Below, in pieces: positions 48,538-57,734 of a stretch of DNA of 64,000 bases; positions within the stretch are counted from its first letter, which is position 1; each line of letters begins with the position of its first letter. The notes under the pieces were generated by a model that ran no database searches, had not been told where the DNA came from, and worked only from the letters and a program-made list of their open reading frames with translations. A program made the position numbers and the translations under genes. The stretch comes from an uncultured virus (IMG/VR IMGVR_UViG_3300044843_001063) (lineage: Duplodnaviria > Heunggongvirae > Uroviricota > Caudoviricetes), in IMG/VR virus record IMGVR_UViG_3300044843_001063; one strand, given 5' to 3'.

Positions 48538-48866
48538 GTTATTAGATCCGACCGACCGATAAATTGTATATTATTATTCGCACTGATTTGACTCCAGGTC
48601 AAAAATTAGCTCAAGCTTGTCATGTAGCTTTTTCTTTCTGTCAAGAAAATCAGGAAGTTACTCATCATTGGATAAATATTTCTAATTATATCTGCCTCTT
48701 AGAATCTAATAATATCGAACATTTATTTGATCAAGCTAAAATGTGGAACATTAAATGTTCCTCTTTTAGAGAGCCAGATTTAGATTATATGATGACGGCA
48801 TTAGCCTTAGAACCTGGACCACTAACTAAAAAATTGTGTAATAAACTACCATTAGCTCTCAAATAG
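48534..48866 (+). CDS. peptidyl-tRNA hydrolase 2 (Pth2)-like protein with in-frame TAG at codon 4
   Basis: KLYIIIRTDLTPGQKLAQACH..FREPDL..TALALEP..LPL; GGAGG SD and ATGA overlap at 48534. Confidence 0.8.
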
Positions 48867-48876
48867 AAAGAAAAAT

Positions 48877-49410
48877 ATGGAAAATACTGCTCCTGCTCGT
48901 GAATTTAGAATCCGAACTAATTTCCACATTCGTGTCCCTCAAGTAAGATTGGTGGATAGTGATGGAACTAATTTAGGAATTATTGCTACTAAAGACGCCA
49001 TTAAAATGGCACAAGATAAAGCTTTAGATTTAGTAGAGATAAATCCGAGATCTGTTCCACCAGTGTGCAAAATTATGGATTATGGTAAATTTAAATATGA
49101 AGAAAAGAAAAAAGCTCAGGCAGCCAAGAAAAATCAACAAGTTCAAGAGTTAAAAGAACTTACTTTTCGACCTAATACGGATGTAAATGATTTAGCTCAT
49201 AAAGTTGCCCAAGCTAAAGGTTTCTTATCTGAAGGAAATAAAGTTAAATTTACTATTAAATTCCGAGGCCGAGAAATTACCCATTTAGACATTGGGCGTG
49301 AAAAAATAACTTGGATTGCTCAACAATTACAAGGCTTAGTGGTAGCTGGAGCGCAACCATTTTTAGAAGGTAAATTTATGACTATTACCTTTTTGCCTGT
49401 TAAAAAATAA
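48877..49410 (+). CDS. infC: translation initiation factor IF-3
   Basis: IRVPQVRLV, LDLVEINP..PPVCKIMDYGKFKYE, KVKFTIKFRGRE. Confidence 0.95.
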   Translation: MENTAPAREFRIRTNFHIRVPQVRLVDSDGTNLGIIATKDAIKMAQDKALDLVEINPRSVPPVCKIMDYGKFKYEEKKKAQAAKKNQQVQELKELTFRPNTDVNDLAHKVAQAKGFLSEGNKVKFTIKFRGREITHLDIGREKITWIAQQLQGLVVAGAQPFLEGKFMTITFLPVKK

Positions 49411-49442
49411 TAACTTAAGTTATATTAATTCCATAGGAATCT

Positions 49443-50159
49443 ATGGTTCAAGGAATTATTTTAACTGGTGGTACGGGTAGTCGATTATTACCACAAACTA
49501 AATTGTTTAATAAGCACATGTTAAGTCTCAATGAGAGGTTTATCATTGACTACCCGTTAGCTTCGCTCAAACATCTTGGAGTAACAGACCTTATTGTCGT
49601 TTTAGGTGGCAACCATTTTAGTCAAGTAGTTGATTATATCAAAAATGGCGAAGAATTTGGCTTTAATAGTACCAATTACGTTTACCAAGAAAAACCTTCT
49701 GGAATTGCTCAAGCTATTAATTTATGCCAACCCTTTATTAAAGGAAATTTTTCGGTAATTTTAGGAGATAATATTTATGAATGTCCGTTGACTTGGTCAT
49801 CTGCGGATGATAGCCATGCACAAATTATGTTAGCAAATCATTCAGATTTGACTAGATTTGGTGTGGCTTCTATTAAGAACAATAAAATTGTTAATATTGT
49901 CGAAAAGCCAAAAACTCTCAATCAAAACTGGCTAAATTTAGCCATTTCTGGATGTTATTTTTTTACTCCTCAATTCTTTGATTATTTTAAAAATTTGCAG
50001 CCTAGTGCTCGTGGTGAATATGAAATCACAGATATTATCTCTAAATATCTGGAACATGGAAAGCTAACTTATAGTATGGTCCATGGGCTATGGAGTGATG
50101 CTGGAACTCACGAATCAATTAATTTTATTAACAATTACTTTTATCAGAAAAAATTATGA
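49443..50159 (+). CDS. glucose-1-phosphate thymidylyltransferase-like (RmlA/SpsI)
   Basis: GIILTGGTGSRL, QEKPSGIAQA, LGDN, EKP, SARGEYEITD, WSDAGT. Confidence 0.88.
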   Translation: MVQGIILTGGTGSRLLPQTKLFNKHMLSLNERFIIDYPLASLKHLGVTDLIVVLGGNHFSQVVDYIKNGEEFGFNSTNYVYQEKPSGIAQAINLCQPFIKGNFSVILGDNIYECPLTWSSADDSHAQIMLANHSDLTRFGVASIKNNKIVNIVEKPKTLNQNWLNLAISGCYFFTPQFFDYFKNLQPSARGEYEITDIISKYLEHGKLTYSMVHGLWSDAGTHESINFINNYFYQKKL

Positions 50160-50980
50160 AAGTTTTTACTTTAGGCAAGGGATTTATTAGCGATCATTTA
50201 GAGTATCCCAATATTGCTGATAGAATGGATACTAGCTCAAAAGCTATTAAATTATGGATAGATAAATATAAGCCCGAGGTCTTAATTAATTGTATTGGTA
50301 AGACTGGCCGGCCTAACGTGGATTGGTGTGAATCCAATCAAGAAGAAACTGCTAAAATGAATACAGCGTTTCCTATTCTATTAGCCGATGTCTGTCAAGA
50401 AAAATCTATCCATTTAATCCAAATGGGCTCTGGTTGTATATTTTTTGGCCCTTCACCTCATGCCTTATCTACTTTAGATTCTGGCTGGACAGAAACAGAT
50501 TTCGCTAATCCTCAGTCTTTTTATTCTAAAAGTAAATATGCTTGTGACCTGATGATAGGTCACATGAAACATGTTACTACTTTAAGAATTAGAATGCCTA
50601 TTTCTGATAAAAATCACCCTCGAAATTTAATTAATAAAATTAAGGGTTATCAACAAATTATTGATATTCCTAACTCGATGACCTTTATGTCTGACTTAGT
50701 AGAATGTATTAAATGGGTAATAAAAGGCTCTCAGACGGGAATCTTTCATGTAGCTAATCCTGAGCCAGTCACGGCAGCTCAAATTATGCAAGAATATCAA
50801 AAATATTTTCCATCTCATTCATTTTCTATTATTGATGAGTCCAAATTAGACCAGCTCACCATAGCAAAAAGGTCTAATTGTATCTTAAATACTGACAAAT
50901 TAAAACATGCCGGATTTCAGATGACTCCCTCAATAGAAGCGTTAAATAAATGTATGGAACAATATGTTAAATCTCTATAA
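50156..50980 (+). CDS. NDP-4-keto-6-deoxysugar epimerase/reductase (RmlD/NRS-ER-like)
   Basis: GKTGRPNVDWCE, SGCIF, FYSKSK, LRIRMP, RSNCILN. Confidence 0.85.
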   Translation: MKVFTLGKGFISDHLEYPNIADRMDTSSKAIKLWIDKYKPEVLINCIGKTGRPNVDWCESNQEETAKMNTAFPILLADVCQEKSIHLIQMGSGCIFFGPSPHALSTLDSGWTETDFANPQSFYSKSKYACDLMIGHMKHVTTLRIRMPISDKNHPRNLINKIKGYQQIIDIPNSMTFMSDLVECIKWVIKGSQTGIFHVANPEPVTAAQIMQEYQKYFPSHSFSIIDESKLDQLTIAKRSNCILNTDKLKHAGFQMTPSIEALNKCMEQYVKSL

Positions 50981-50982
50981 TT

Positions 50983-51888
50983 ATGGGTAAATTATTAGAT
51001 AATAATTATGTAGATCAAAAGTTATTATCTAGATCAATTAAAAGAATTGATAATTATGTTAATATGCTGACTCCAATTAGGTTCACCTGCCTAACTTGTG
51101 ATTATGTGTGGAAAAGTGCGCCTAATAACATTATTAACAATAAATCTAATTGCCCTCAATGCTCCAATCGAATAACCGCCTCCAATGAAGAGATAGACCA
51201 AGCTTTACTGGGCCGGACATTCAAAAGAATAAGCAATTACCTTAACAACCATACGAAAATTAAATTTCAGTGTTTATTAGATAATTTTATTTGGGAAACC
51301 ACTAGCAAATCTATTCTGTTACTTCACAGTGGTTGTCCCAAATGTGCTAAAGTTAATAAGTTAACTAACGAGGATGTAGACCTTAAATTAAAAAATAAAA
51401 ATATTCTTCGCTTACAAGATGTTATCAATTCGGCTACTAAAATATCCGTCCAATGCCTGACCTGTAGTTTTATATGGAATAGTTCTCCACATAATCTATT
51501 AACTAAAAATAGAGGTTGCCCCAAATGTAACTTGCCGGGATCTAATGAAAAATCAATACTTACTATGTTGGATAGTTATTGTGTTTCTTATATGTCACAA
51601 TATAATATAAGACATATAGATTCGGGAGCGCCAAATTATCGAATAGATATTTTTATTCCGGGCAAAAATTTAGCCATTGAGTATCATGGGCGGCAGCATT
51701 ATCAACCCACTGGATTTGGCTCTAATAATCCTCAGTTATGTTTTACTAAACAAGTTCAGCGAGATTCATATTTACGCCAATTCTGTCAAAAAAATAATAT
51801 TTCTCTTCTAGAAATAGATGGTAGAAAATATTATGGTGTCAAATTAAAATCATACGTGATTAATCAAATCATTCCATTATTAAATTAA
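50983..51888 (+). CDS. zinc-ribbon-repeat / DUF559-like endonuclease
   Basis: Repeated C..C..W....CP.C; IDIFIP..AIEYHGRQHY..RD. Confidence 0.75.
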   Translation: MGKLLDNNYVDQKLLSRSIKRIDNYVNMLTPIRFTCLTCDYVWKSAPNNIINNKSNCPQCSNRITASNEEIDQALLGRTFKRISNYLNNHTKIKFQCLLDNFIWETTSKSILLLHSGCPKCAKVNKLTNEDVDLKLKNKNILRLQDVINSATKISVQCLTCSFIWNSSPHNLLTKNRGCPKCNLPGSNEKSILTMLDSYCVSYMSQYNIRHIDSGAPNYRIDIFIPGKNLAIEYHGRQHYQPTGFGSNNPQLCFTKQVQRDSYLRQFCQKNNISLLEIDGRKYYGVKLKSYVINQIIPLLN

Positions 51889-51899
51889 AAGGAAATAAT

Positions 51900-52094
51900 A
51901 TGTCAAATAAAAATGTTACTATTGCTTTAAATGCGAGAAAAGATCGAGATGGGCAGGCGTTTTATGTAGGTAAGATCAAGGCACCGGTTCTGATCGACTG
52001 TACTCAAGGCGCGGTTTTTCTTATCTTCGTCTCTGATAAAGGTCAAGAAGAAATGCAAATTGCGTTAATGGATAATAAAGAGTTGGAGGATTGA
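51900..52094 (+). CDS. hypothetical protein
   Basis: AAGGA SD, 64 aa. Confidence 0.6.
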   Translation: MSNKNVTIALNARKDRDGQAFYVGKIKAPVLIDCTQGAVFLIFVSDKGQEEMQIALMDNKELED

Positions 52095-52095
52095 G

Positions 52096-52416
52096 ATGGC
52101 TCTTCATTTTGAAGATGTATGGGAAGAGGGCGAAAAATTACATACTGCTGATAATTCCTCGACTGAAGCGATTTTGGAAGAACTGTTATTGAAAATAAAT
52201 TTGTATAAGGTTATTTCTTCAAAATCTGAAATTCCATTAGAAGAATCTAAAAAGATAAAATCTCGCACTATGGGCGAGATCTTATTAACAATGGCGCATC
52301 TATCTTTAAAAGAAGATATTAATGTCTTTCAAGCACTGAAAACAGCCAATCAATACCGGGCAGCGGAGAATCTTTCTAAGATACCTAAAGAACTAAAACT
52401 GCCCGGTCGAAAATAA
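52096..52416 (+). CDS. MazG-like helical protein
   Basis: MGEILLTMAHLSLKEDINVFQAL resembles the MazG C-terminal helix. Confidence 0.45.
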   Translation: MALHFEDVWEEGEKLHTADNSSTEAILEELLLKINLYKVISSKSEIPLEESKKIKSRTMGEILLTMAHLSLKEDINVFQALKTANQYRAAENLSKIPKELKLPGRK

Positions 52417-52752
52417 TCAGCCTAATACTTCGAAAGTATAAGCTTGTTGCACTTTATTTTCATCTGTTAGCTTTTGTAAAGTAGCTTGAATAATGTTAGC
52501 TGCGGCTTGAGATTGTTGACCTTCTTTAAATCTAATGTACATCGTACCTCCACGAGCAAAACATTGTGCTAATGTTTTTTGTACATTAAGGGGTAAAGCA
52601 TCATACAACACTTTGCCTGCATTTTTTTGAGTAGGCACTGGCTTTAAACTATTAGGTGGGGGTAATTGTTGAGCCAATTTATTAATTATTTTTTGTTGGT
52701 TATCAGCAATAGTAACTAACTTCTCAATCATTTTCTTGGTATCCATTATCAT
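52417..52752 (-). CDS. hypothetical protein (KLAQ N-terminal motif)
   Basis: SD AAGGAG on minus strand. Confidence 0.65.
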   Translation of the reverse strand: MIMDTKKMIEKLVTIADNQQKIINKLAQQLPPPNSLKPVPTQKNAGKVLYDALPLNVQKTLAQCFARGGTMYIRFKEGQQSQAAANIIQATLQKLTDENKVQQAYTFEVLG

Positions 52753-52777
52753 TCTCCTTATTAGTAATAACTAAATA

Positions 52778-53179
52778 TTAATATTTTTTACCTGCTGTTT
52801 TGGGAGCCGGATCTTTAAAAATCATTCCAACTCGACCATCCAGCTCTGGTTTCTGAGCAGCAATTTGTTTTTCAAAATTAGTTTTAAATAGCATTCTAGC
52901 ATTTTCTGGAATAACTCCAGTCACAATATAAGTGCTACTGATGACAATGTTGCTATTATCTGGGCTCGTTCCACCCGGAATATATTCTATTGACTCTGGA
53001 GTCATACCTGGCACGCCAGAATTAACTGCTGCTGTCATCCAAGTTTTGGATAAATATTTTTTATTACCTTCAATATCCTCTTTATCTTCTGATAATTGAG
53101 CTAATTTTGTCAGCAACATTTGTTGTTTTTCTGCCAATTTAAATAACTTGGTCAAGATTAATTTATCTTTAGCACTCAT
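52778..53179 (-). CDS. hypothetical protein (KLAQ N-terminal motif)
   Basis: SD AAGGA on minus strand. Confidence 0.65.
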   Translation of the reverse strand: MSAKDKLILTKLFKLAEKQQMLLTKLAQLSEDKEDIEGNKKYLSKTWMTAAVNSGVPGMTPESIEYIPGGTSPDNSNIVISSTYIVTGVIPENARMLFKTNFEKQIAAQKPELDGRVGMIFKDPAPKTAGKKY

Positions 53180-53193
53180 AATAGTCCTTATGG

Positions 53194-53640
53194 TTATTTT
53201 CCATTCAATGCTTGTTTTAATAAGTAAACCGACTCTTCTCTTTTAGAGGCAATAGCCATGATCATATCATCTAGCCCGAGAGTCATCTTGCCTTCTTTTT
53301 TTAAACATTCATAGGCTGACGCAGAGAAAGTTATAAAATCTTTCTCGACCTCCATAGACATTTCCTTAGGAGAGCCTTCTAAATTACTATACTTTGATAG
53401 TATTTTATTAACTAATTCCGTTTGGAAATCGTAATTCATGATTTCTTCGCCTAAAACTCCAATAAATTTTTCGGCGGCCAAATCTAAATCTTCAGAAGCT
53501 GATTCATATAATCTTTTAAATAGTAAATGGTCTCCATAAAAATTGGAACCTTTGGTAGTCCAATGATTATGCTGATGAATTAACGCCATACATTTTAAAG
53601 TGGCGACATATAGCGCGGCAATTTTATTACATTTATCCAT
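53194..53640 (-). CDS. Dps/ferritin-like protein
   Basis: HQHNHWTTKGSNFYGDHLLFKRLY..DLAAEK..YLL. Confidence 0.8.
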   Translation of the reverse strand: MDKCNKIAALYVATLKCMALIHQHNHWTTKGSNFYGDHLLFKRLYESASEDLDLAAEKFIGVLGEEIMNYDFQTELVNKILSKYSNLEGSPKEMSMEVEKDFITFSASAYECLKKEGKMTLGLDDMIMAIASKREESVYLLKQALNGK

Positions 53641-53854
53641 AAATCCCTATTTTTCTTAATGCCATTTAATATAATTTTATTAGTATGTCAGCTTATCTAT
53701 CCTATTATGTCAGATAGGTGCCGCTGTTTATCTTATAAAAACAAACCCTGGATTAAAAACAAATTTGGGAACTGACTCTCGACAAATGAACGGGGGATAT
53801 TATAGGGGGACTTATGTTATATTTGATCTTAGGAGAAGCCCATCGGAGTATAAT

Positions 53855-54199
53855 GTGAAAAAACCTAAAGTAGTAAGTTTCTTTCAATTTAAAGATCTTA
53901 CTTATCAACAAGTAGTAACTGAAATTAATAAAGAGTTACCTATTAATCTTAAACATAATGAAGAGTTAGTGGATAGGATCCATAAAAAATATCCCATATT
54001 AACTAAAACAGAAATCAGCATTATTGTCAAAGCTGTGTTTCAATCTTTACGCGATTTATTGTTATTAGGAAAGGTATTAAATTTTAATACCTTATTTTTT
54101 GATACTAAATTGTATTTTTTTACCCATCTTAGGGACGGCAATATATTACCTGCACTGAAAGTACAGATGTCGACTCCCCCACCATTGAGGAAAATATGA
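53855..54199 (+). CDS. HU/IHF-like DNA-binding protein (divergent; start uncertain)
   Basis: ELVDRIHKKYPILTKTEISIIVKAVFQSLRDLLLLG. Confidence 0.45.
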   Translation: MKKPKVVSFFQFKDLTYQQVVTEINKELPINLKHNEELVDRIHKKYPILTKTEISIIVKAVFQSLRDLLLLGKVLNFNTLFFDTKLYFFTHLRDGNILPALKVQMSTPPPLRKI

Positions 54200-54513
54200 G
54201 TGCTAAATTAGAAGAATTTGATGTAGAAATTGATGAAAGTTTAAATATTAATCTTAATGATATTAAGGATAAAATTCCTACCTTCACCTCCGCTAAATTA
54301 TGTGAAATCATTGTCTGTGATAGATATTTTGGGTCTTATCCAGAATTAGCGGTATTAAGTATGCAAGAATTATCTACTCGCCGTATTAATGGCGATACTT
54401 TTGATTTTGAAGCCTATATAGATAATTCGTTTAAAGAATTACCCAAATTAGATTTTTCTTTACCTGACATTGGTAATGTTATGAGGCAATTTGCCGGAAA
54501 ATTCAAACCATGA
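54196..54513 (+). CDS. hypothetical protein
   Basis: GAGG SD, ATGA overlap. Confidence 0.65.
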   Translation: MSAKLEEFDVEIDESLNINLNDIKDKIPTFTSAKLCEIIVCDRYFGSYPELAVLSMQELSTRRINGDTFDFEAYIDNSFKELPKLDFSLPDIGNVMRQFAGKFKP

Positions 54514-55034
54514 ACCTGGAATTAAGAGAACAAATTGTTAAACATATATTAGCTAATTTAGCTATTATTCCTTCTACTTATGTTGCTTTGGATAAAAGTA
54601 AATCCTTGAAAGGTCAAGAATTTCTGTTACCTGAAAAGATCAATTTTCAAGATGAACATGGCCATGTATTATCTAATAAATTGTGGGGATGTCAATTTGC
54701 TGCGGAACAGCAAGAATTAAAAATATTATTGGTAGATTGCTCTACTTCTACAGATATCCCAGAGTATGCGGTCCTAGTATCATTAAAAAACCAGCCCATG
54801 TATGGAGTTTATTTAGTTGATAACTCCGAGGTAGAGTCGGAGGCTTTAATTGCCGTATCTTTAAATGGTAAAGATTGGTTAGAAGCTAATACTTATATTC
54901 AATCTACTTTTTTATCTGCAATGGAAAATATTAAATCTATGGGGTTAGCTTGGTCAAAATGTCAAGAGTACCAAGACAATTTATCTCATTTATTACAGTT
55001 TATTAAATTTCATTCTTATGTCTACGGTGAATAA
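54510..55034 (+). CDS. hypothetical protein
   Basis: ATGA overlap. Confidence 0.65.
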   Translation: MNLELREQIVKHILANLAIIPSTYVALDKSKSLKGQEFLLPEKINFQDEHGHVLSNKLWGCQFAAEQQELKILLVDCSTSTDIPEYAVLVSLKNQPMYGVYLVDNSEVESEALIAVSLNGKDWLEANTYIQSTFLSAMENIKSMGLAWSKCQEYQDNLSHLLQFIKFHSYVYGE

Positions 55035-55483
55035 TGCGAGGGAAAAAGAAAGATACCCAATTCATTACACAATTTATAACGCAGTGCGTTAGCCAAGGAT
55101 ATTCTCAACAAGAGGAGATGCTAACTATAGCAAAACATAAAATTGAAGAAATAGATTCTATAATTAAAGAAGCGGAAATAAAAAAAATAGAAAGATCCAA
55201 ATTATTGGATGTAATTGAGTCTTTAATGTCAGAACAGGTTAAGTGTGAAGACGATCAAATATTACCACTATATAATATTCAGTATCCTGAAATTAGTCGA
55301 CAAGTCTGTCATTTAATTAAAACTAAACCTATTAGCATTTCTGACATCCAAAATGTTTCTAAAGAGAATATGTTATTTTGTCTTAAACAACTAGTAGAGA
55401 ATAAAGTTATTTATAAATCAGGAAATTTTTTATTACGAGGGGACAACTTTGATAAGTATTTAACTCGGGTTCTTAAAGAGTAA
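55034..55483 (+). CDS. hypothetical protein (possible C-terminal winged helix)
   Basis: TAATG overlap. Confidence 0.6.
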   Translation: MRGKKKDTQFITQFITQCVSQGYSQQEEMLTIAKHKIEEIDSIIKEAEIKKIERSKLLDVIESLMSEQVKCEDDQILPLYNIQYPEISRQVCHLIKTKPISISDIQNVSKENMLFCLKQLVENKVIYKSGNFLLRGDNFDKYLTRVLKE

Positions 55484-55486
55484 ATT

Positions 55487-55813
55487 ATGTTTAGCGAATC
55501 AATAAGTAAAAAGAAACTATGGCAGTATGTTAACATTAAGATTAACAGAACTATTCATCATTACCATGTATTTAGCGTTATCTCTCTTTTATTTGAAGAG
55601 ATTTTATCTGAATTAAAAGATAAGGGTGAAATTAAAATTCATAATTTTGGTGTACTTTCCTTAAAACACTTGAAGCCTCGTCATTATTTTGATATTACTC
55701 GACAACAAGTCATGAGATCTAATGGATATCGAATTTTAAGATTTACGCTGGCGCCTCGGCTAAAGAAAAAAATTATTTCGTACCTTGACACCTCTACTAA
55801 GGAAATTACATGA
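55487..55813 (+). CDS. HU/IHF-family DNA-binding protein
   Basis: GEIKIHNFGVLSLK..KPR..RFTLAPRLK. Confidence 0.75.
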   Translation: MFSESISKKKLWQYVNIKINRTIHHYHVFSVISLLFEEILSELKDKGEIKIHNFGVLSLKHLKPRHYFDITRQQVMRSNGYRILRFTLAPRLKKKIISYLDTSTKEIT

Positions 55814-56184
55814 GAAAAGGCCATCGACCCACGGTTTACGTGTGCATACATTATTCTCAAAAAATCCACTCCGTAGTGGAAGCTGGTACCCCAGCCGACG
55901 CTTCGGATAATTTTATAAAAGAATTTACGGTGAAGCCCGACGAAATTTTGGGGCCGTTCTTTAAGAAGAAACCGCCGCTAGTTGAGTCGACTGCTAATTT
56001 GATATTTACCAATCAAACTAAAAATGCAGTATATAACGATTGGTTAGTCACTGCTTTCTTATTGAAAGAACCTGCAGAGACAGCATTTTTAGTCTTCTTA
56101 AAAAGACTTGATGGTAAAAAAGTTCCACTGCCTACGGGCACTATTACTGTTCCTATTCACGATTTGAGGTTTATTGAATGTTAA
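55810..56184 (+). CDS. hypothetical protein
   Basis: ATGA overlap, AAGGA SD. Confidence 0.6.
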   Translation: MRKGHRPTVYVCIHYSQKIHSVVEAGTPADASDNFIKEFTVKPDEILGPFFKKKPPLVESTANLIFTNQTKNAVYNDWLVTAFLLKEPAETAFLVFLKRLDGKKVPLPTGTITVPIHDLRFIEC

Positions 56185-56531
56185 CTAAATTATTTACAGA
56201 ACAAATTAAAAAGAAACTTCTCTCTGACCAAGAAGAGATCTTACAGAGAGTTTCCCATCGAGCAGATGTTGATACCGATGGCGATGAAGGTGATGAAATA
56301 CAAGGTAATATGATTATTGAAATGCAAAATCAATTAAATTCTCGAGATCGAGACAAATTATCCAAAATTACTGAAGCCTTATCTCGAATTGATACTCAAG
56401 AATATGGAATCTGTGAAGATTGTGGAGAAGAAATTTCAGAAAAAAGATTAAATATCAACCCACATTTCATTACATGTATTCTTTGTGCAGAAACTAGAGA
56501 GATCGAACAAAAACAGAAACGGAGAGTGTGA
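56178..56531 (+). CDS. dksA: DksA/TraR C4 zinc-finger transcription factor
   Basis: Coiled-coil tip DEGDE; ALSRI..YGICEDCGEEI..RL..P..CILC. Confidence 0.88.
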   Translation: MLTKLFTEQIKKKLLSDQEEILQRVSHRADVDTDGDEGDEIQGNMIIEMQNQLNSRDRDKLSKITEALSRIDTQEYGICEDCGEEISEKRLNINPHFITCILCAETREIEQKQKRRV

Positions 56532-56532
56532 A

Positions 56533-57117
56533 TTGAATACTATTGTATTAGAAGCTACTGAGCATGGCGATATGCCAATTGATGTGTATCAAAAACTTTC
56601 TAATGATAGAATTCTCTTTATCTCTGATGAGATTCATGATTCATTAGCGGCAGATATTGCAGCTACTCTTTTGCTAAAGGATGCTGAAGATTCAGATAAG
56701 AAAATTACTTTATTTATCAATTCACATGGCGGAGATATTCGTAATGTTTTGATGATTTGTGATATGATGAATATGATTTCCGCGCCTATTGAGACTGTCT
56801 GTGTTGGATCGGCGATGGATGAAGCGGCTATTATTTTATCTTCTGGAACTCCTGGCATGAGATTCGCCACAAAAAATGCAGTTATTTCTGCTGGTCAATT
56901 AGTTAATACTTGGATGGTCAGATCTAATTTAACAGATGCCAAAAAGAATTTGGAGCTTATTACTACTGATAATAAAAGAATGATGGAAATTCTAGCCAAA
57001 ACTTCTAATAAAACTCTTAAACAGGTTATGTCTCATTTTGAGAGGCGAGTGTTTATGAATTCGCATCAAGCGATGAAATTTGGTTTAATTGACAAGGTAG
57101 TAGCTCTCAAAAAATGA
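56533..57117 (+). CDS. ClpP-family subunit lacking catalytic Ser/His (ClpR-like)
   Basis: DVYQKL..RILF, INSHGG, FGLID; CVGSAMDEAA in place of S-A-A; no MIHQ. Confidence 0.8.
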   Translation: MNTIVLEATEHGDMPIDVYQKLSNDRILFISDEIHDSLAADIAATLLLKDAEDSDKKITLFINSHGGDIRNVLMICDMMNMISAPIETVCVGSAMDEAAIILSSGTPGMRFATKNAVISAGQLVNTWMVRSNLTDAKKNLELITTDNKRMMEILAKTSNKTLKQVMSHFERRVFMNSHQAMKFGLIDKVVALKK

Positions 57118-57707
57118 GGAAAAATATGAAAAACCATTCTGAACATTTAGCTATGCCCCATTTTTCAAGGTATTCTGACACTTATATTAAATTATCTAAA
57201 CATAGAGTGATCTTTGTGGCTGAAGATTTTACCGCTAAAATGGGAGCCGATTTGTCGGCGGTGTTATTATATTTAGACCATGAAGATCATGCCGCTCCTA
57301 TTGAAATTTATATTCATTCTCAAGGGGGTGAAATTTCTGGATTATTTAATATTTATGATGTTATTCAGATGATTTCCGCTCCAGTTAAAACTATCTGTGT
57401 TGGTAAATGTTATTCTGCTGGAGCAATGTTATTGGCCGCCGGAACCAAAGGGCAACGTTTTGCCATGAAAAATTCTAGCATTATGATTCATGGAATTCAA
57501 ATGGGATTTCCTATTCCAGGAGAAGATACGACCAATTCTAAGAATTTATTTAAATATTTAGAAGAGCATAATGATAGTTTTATTAAAATATTAGCTAATC
57601 ATACTGGACATTCTTTCGAAAAAGTCAAACAAGATTGTTTGCAAGATTTATGGATGACGCCAAAACAAGCCTTAGAGTATGGGATTATTGATGGAATAAT
57701 CCAGTAA
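57114..57707 (+). CDS. clpP: ATP-dependent Clp protease proteolytic subunit
   Basis: CYSAGA (Ser), IMIHG (His), DLWMTPKQALEYGIID (Asp). Confidence 0.9.
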   Translation: MRKNMKNHSEHLAMPHFSRYSDTYIKLSKHRVIFVAEDFTAKMGADLSAVLLYLDHEDHAAPIEIYIHSQGGEISGLFNIYDVIQMISAPVKTICVGKCYSAGAMLLAAGTKGQRFAMKNSSIMIHGIQMGFPIPGEDTTNSKNLFKYLEEHNDSFIKILANHTGHSFEKVKQDCLQDLWMTPKQALEYGIIDGIIQ

Positions 57708-57734
57708 TATGGATTTTTTAGATAGTTCAATAAA

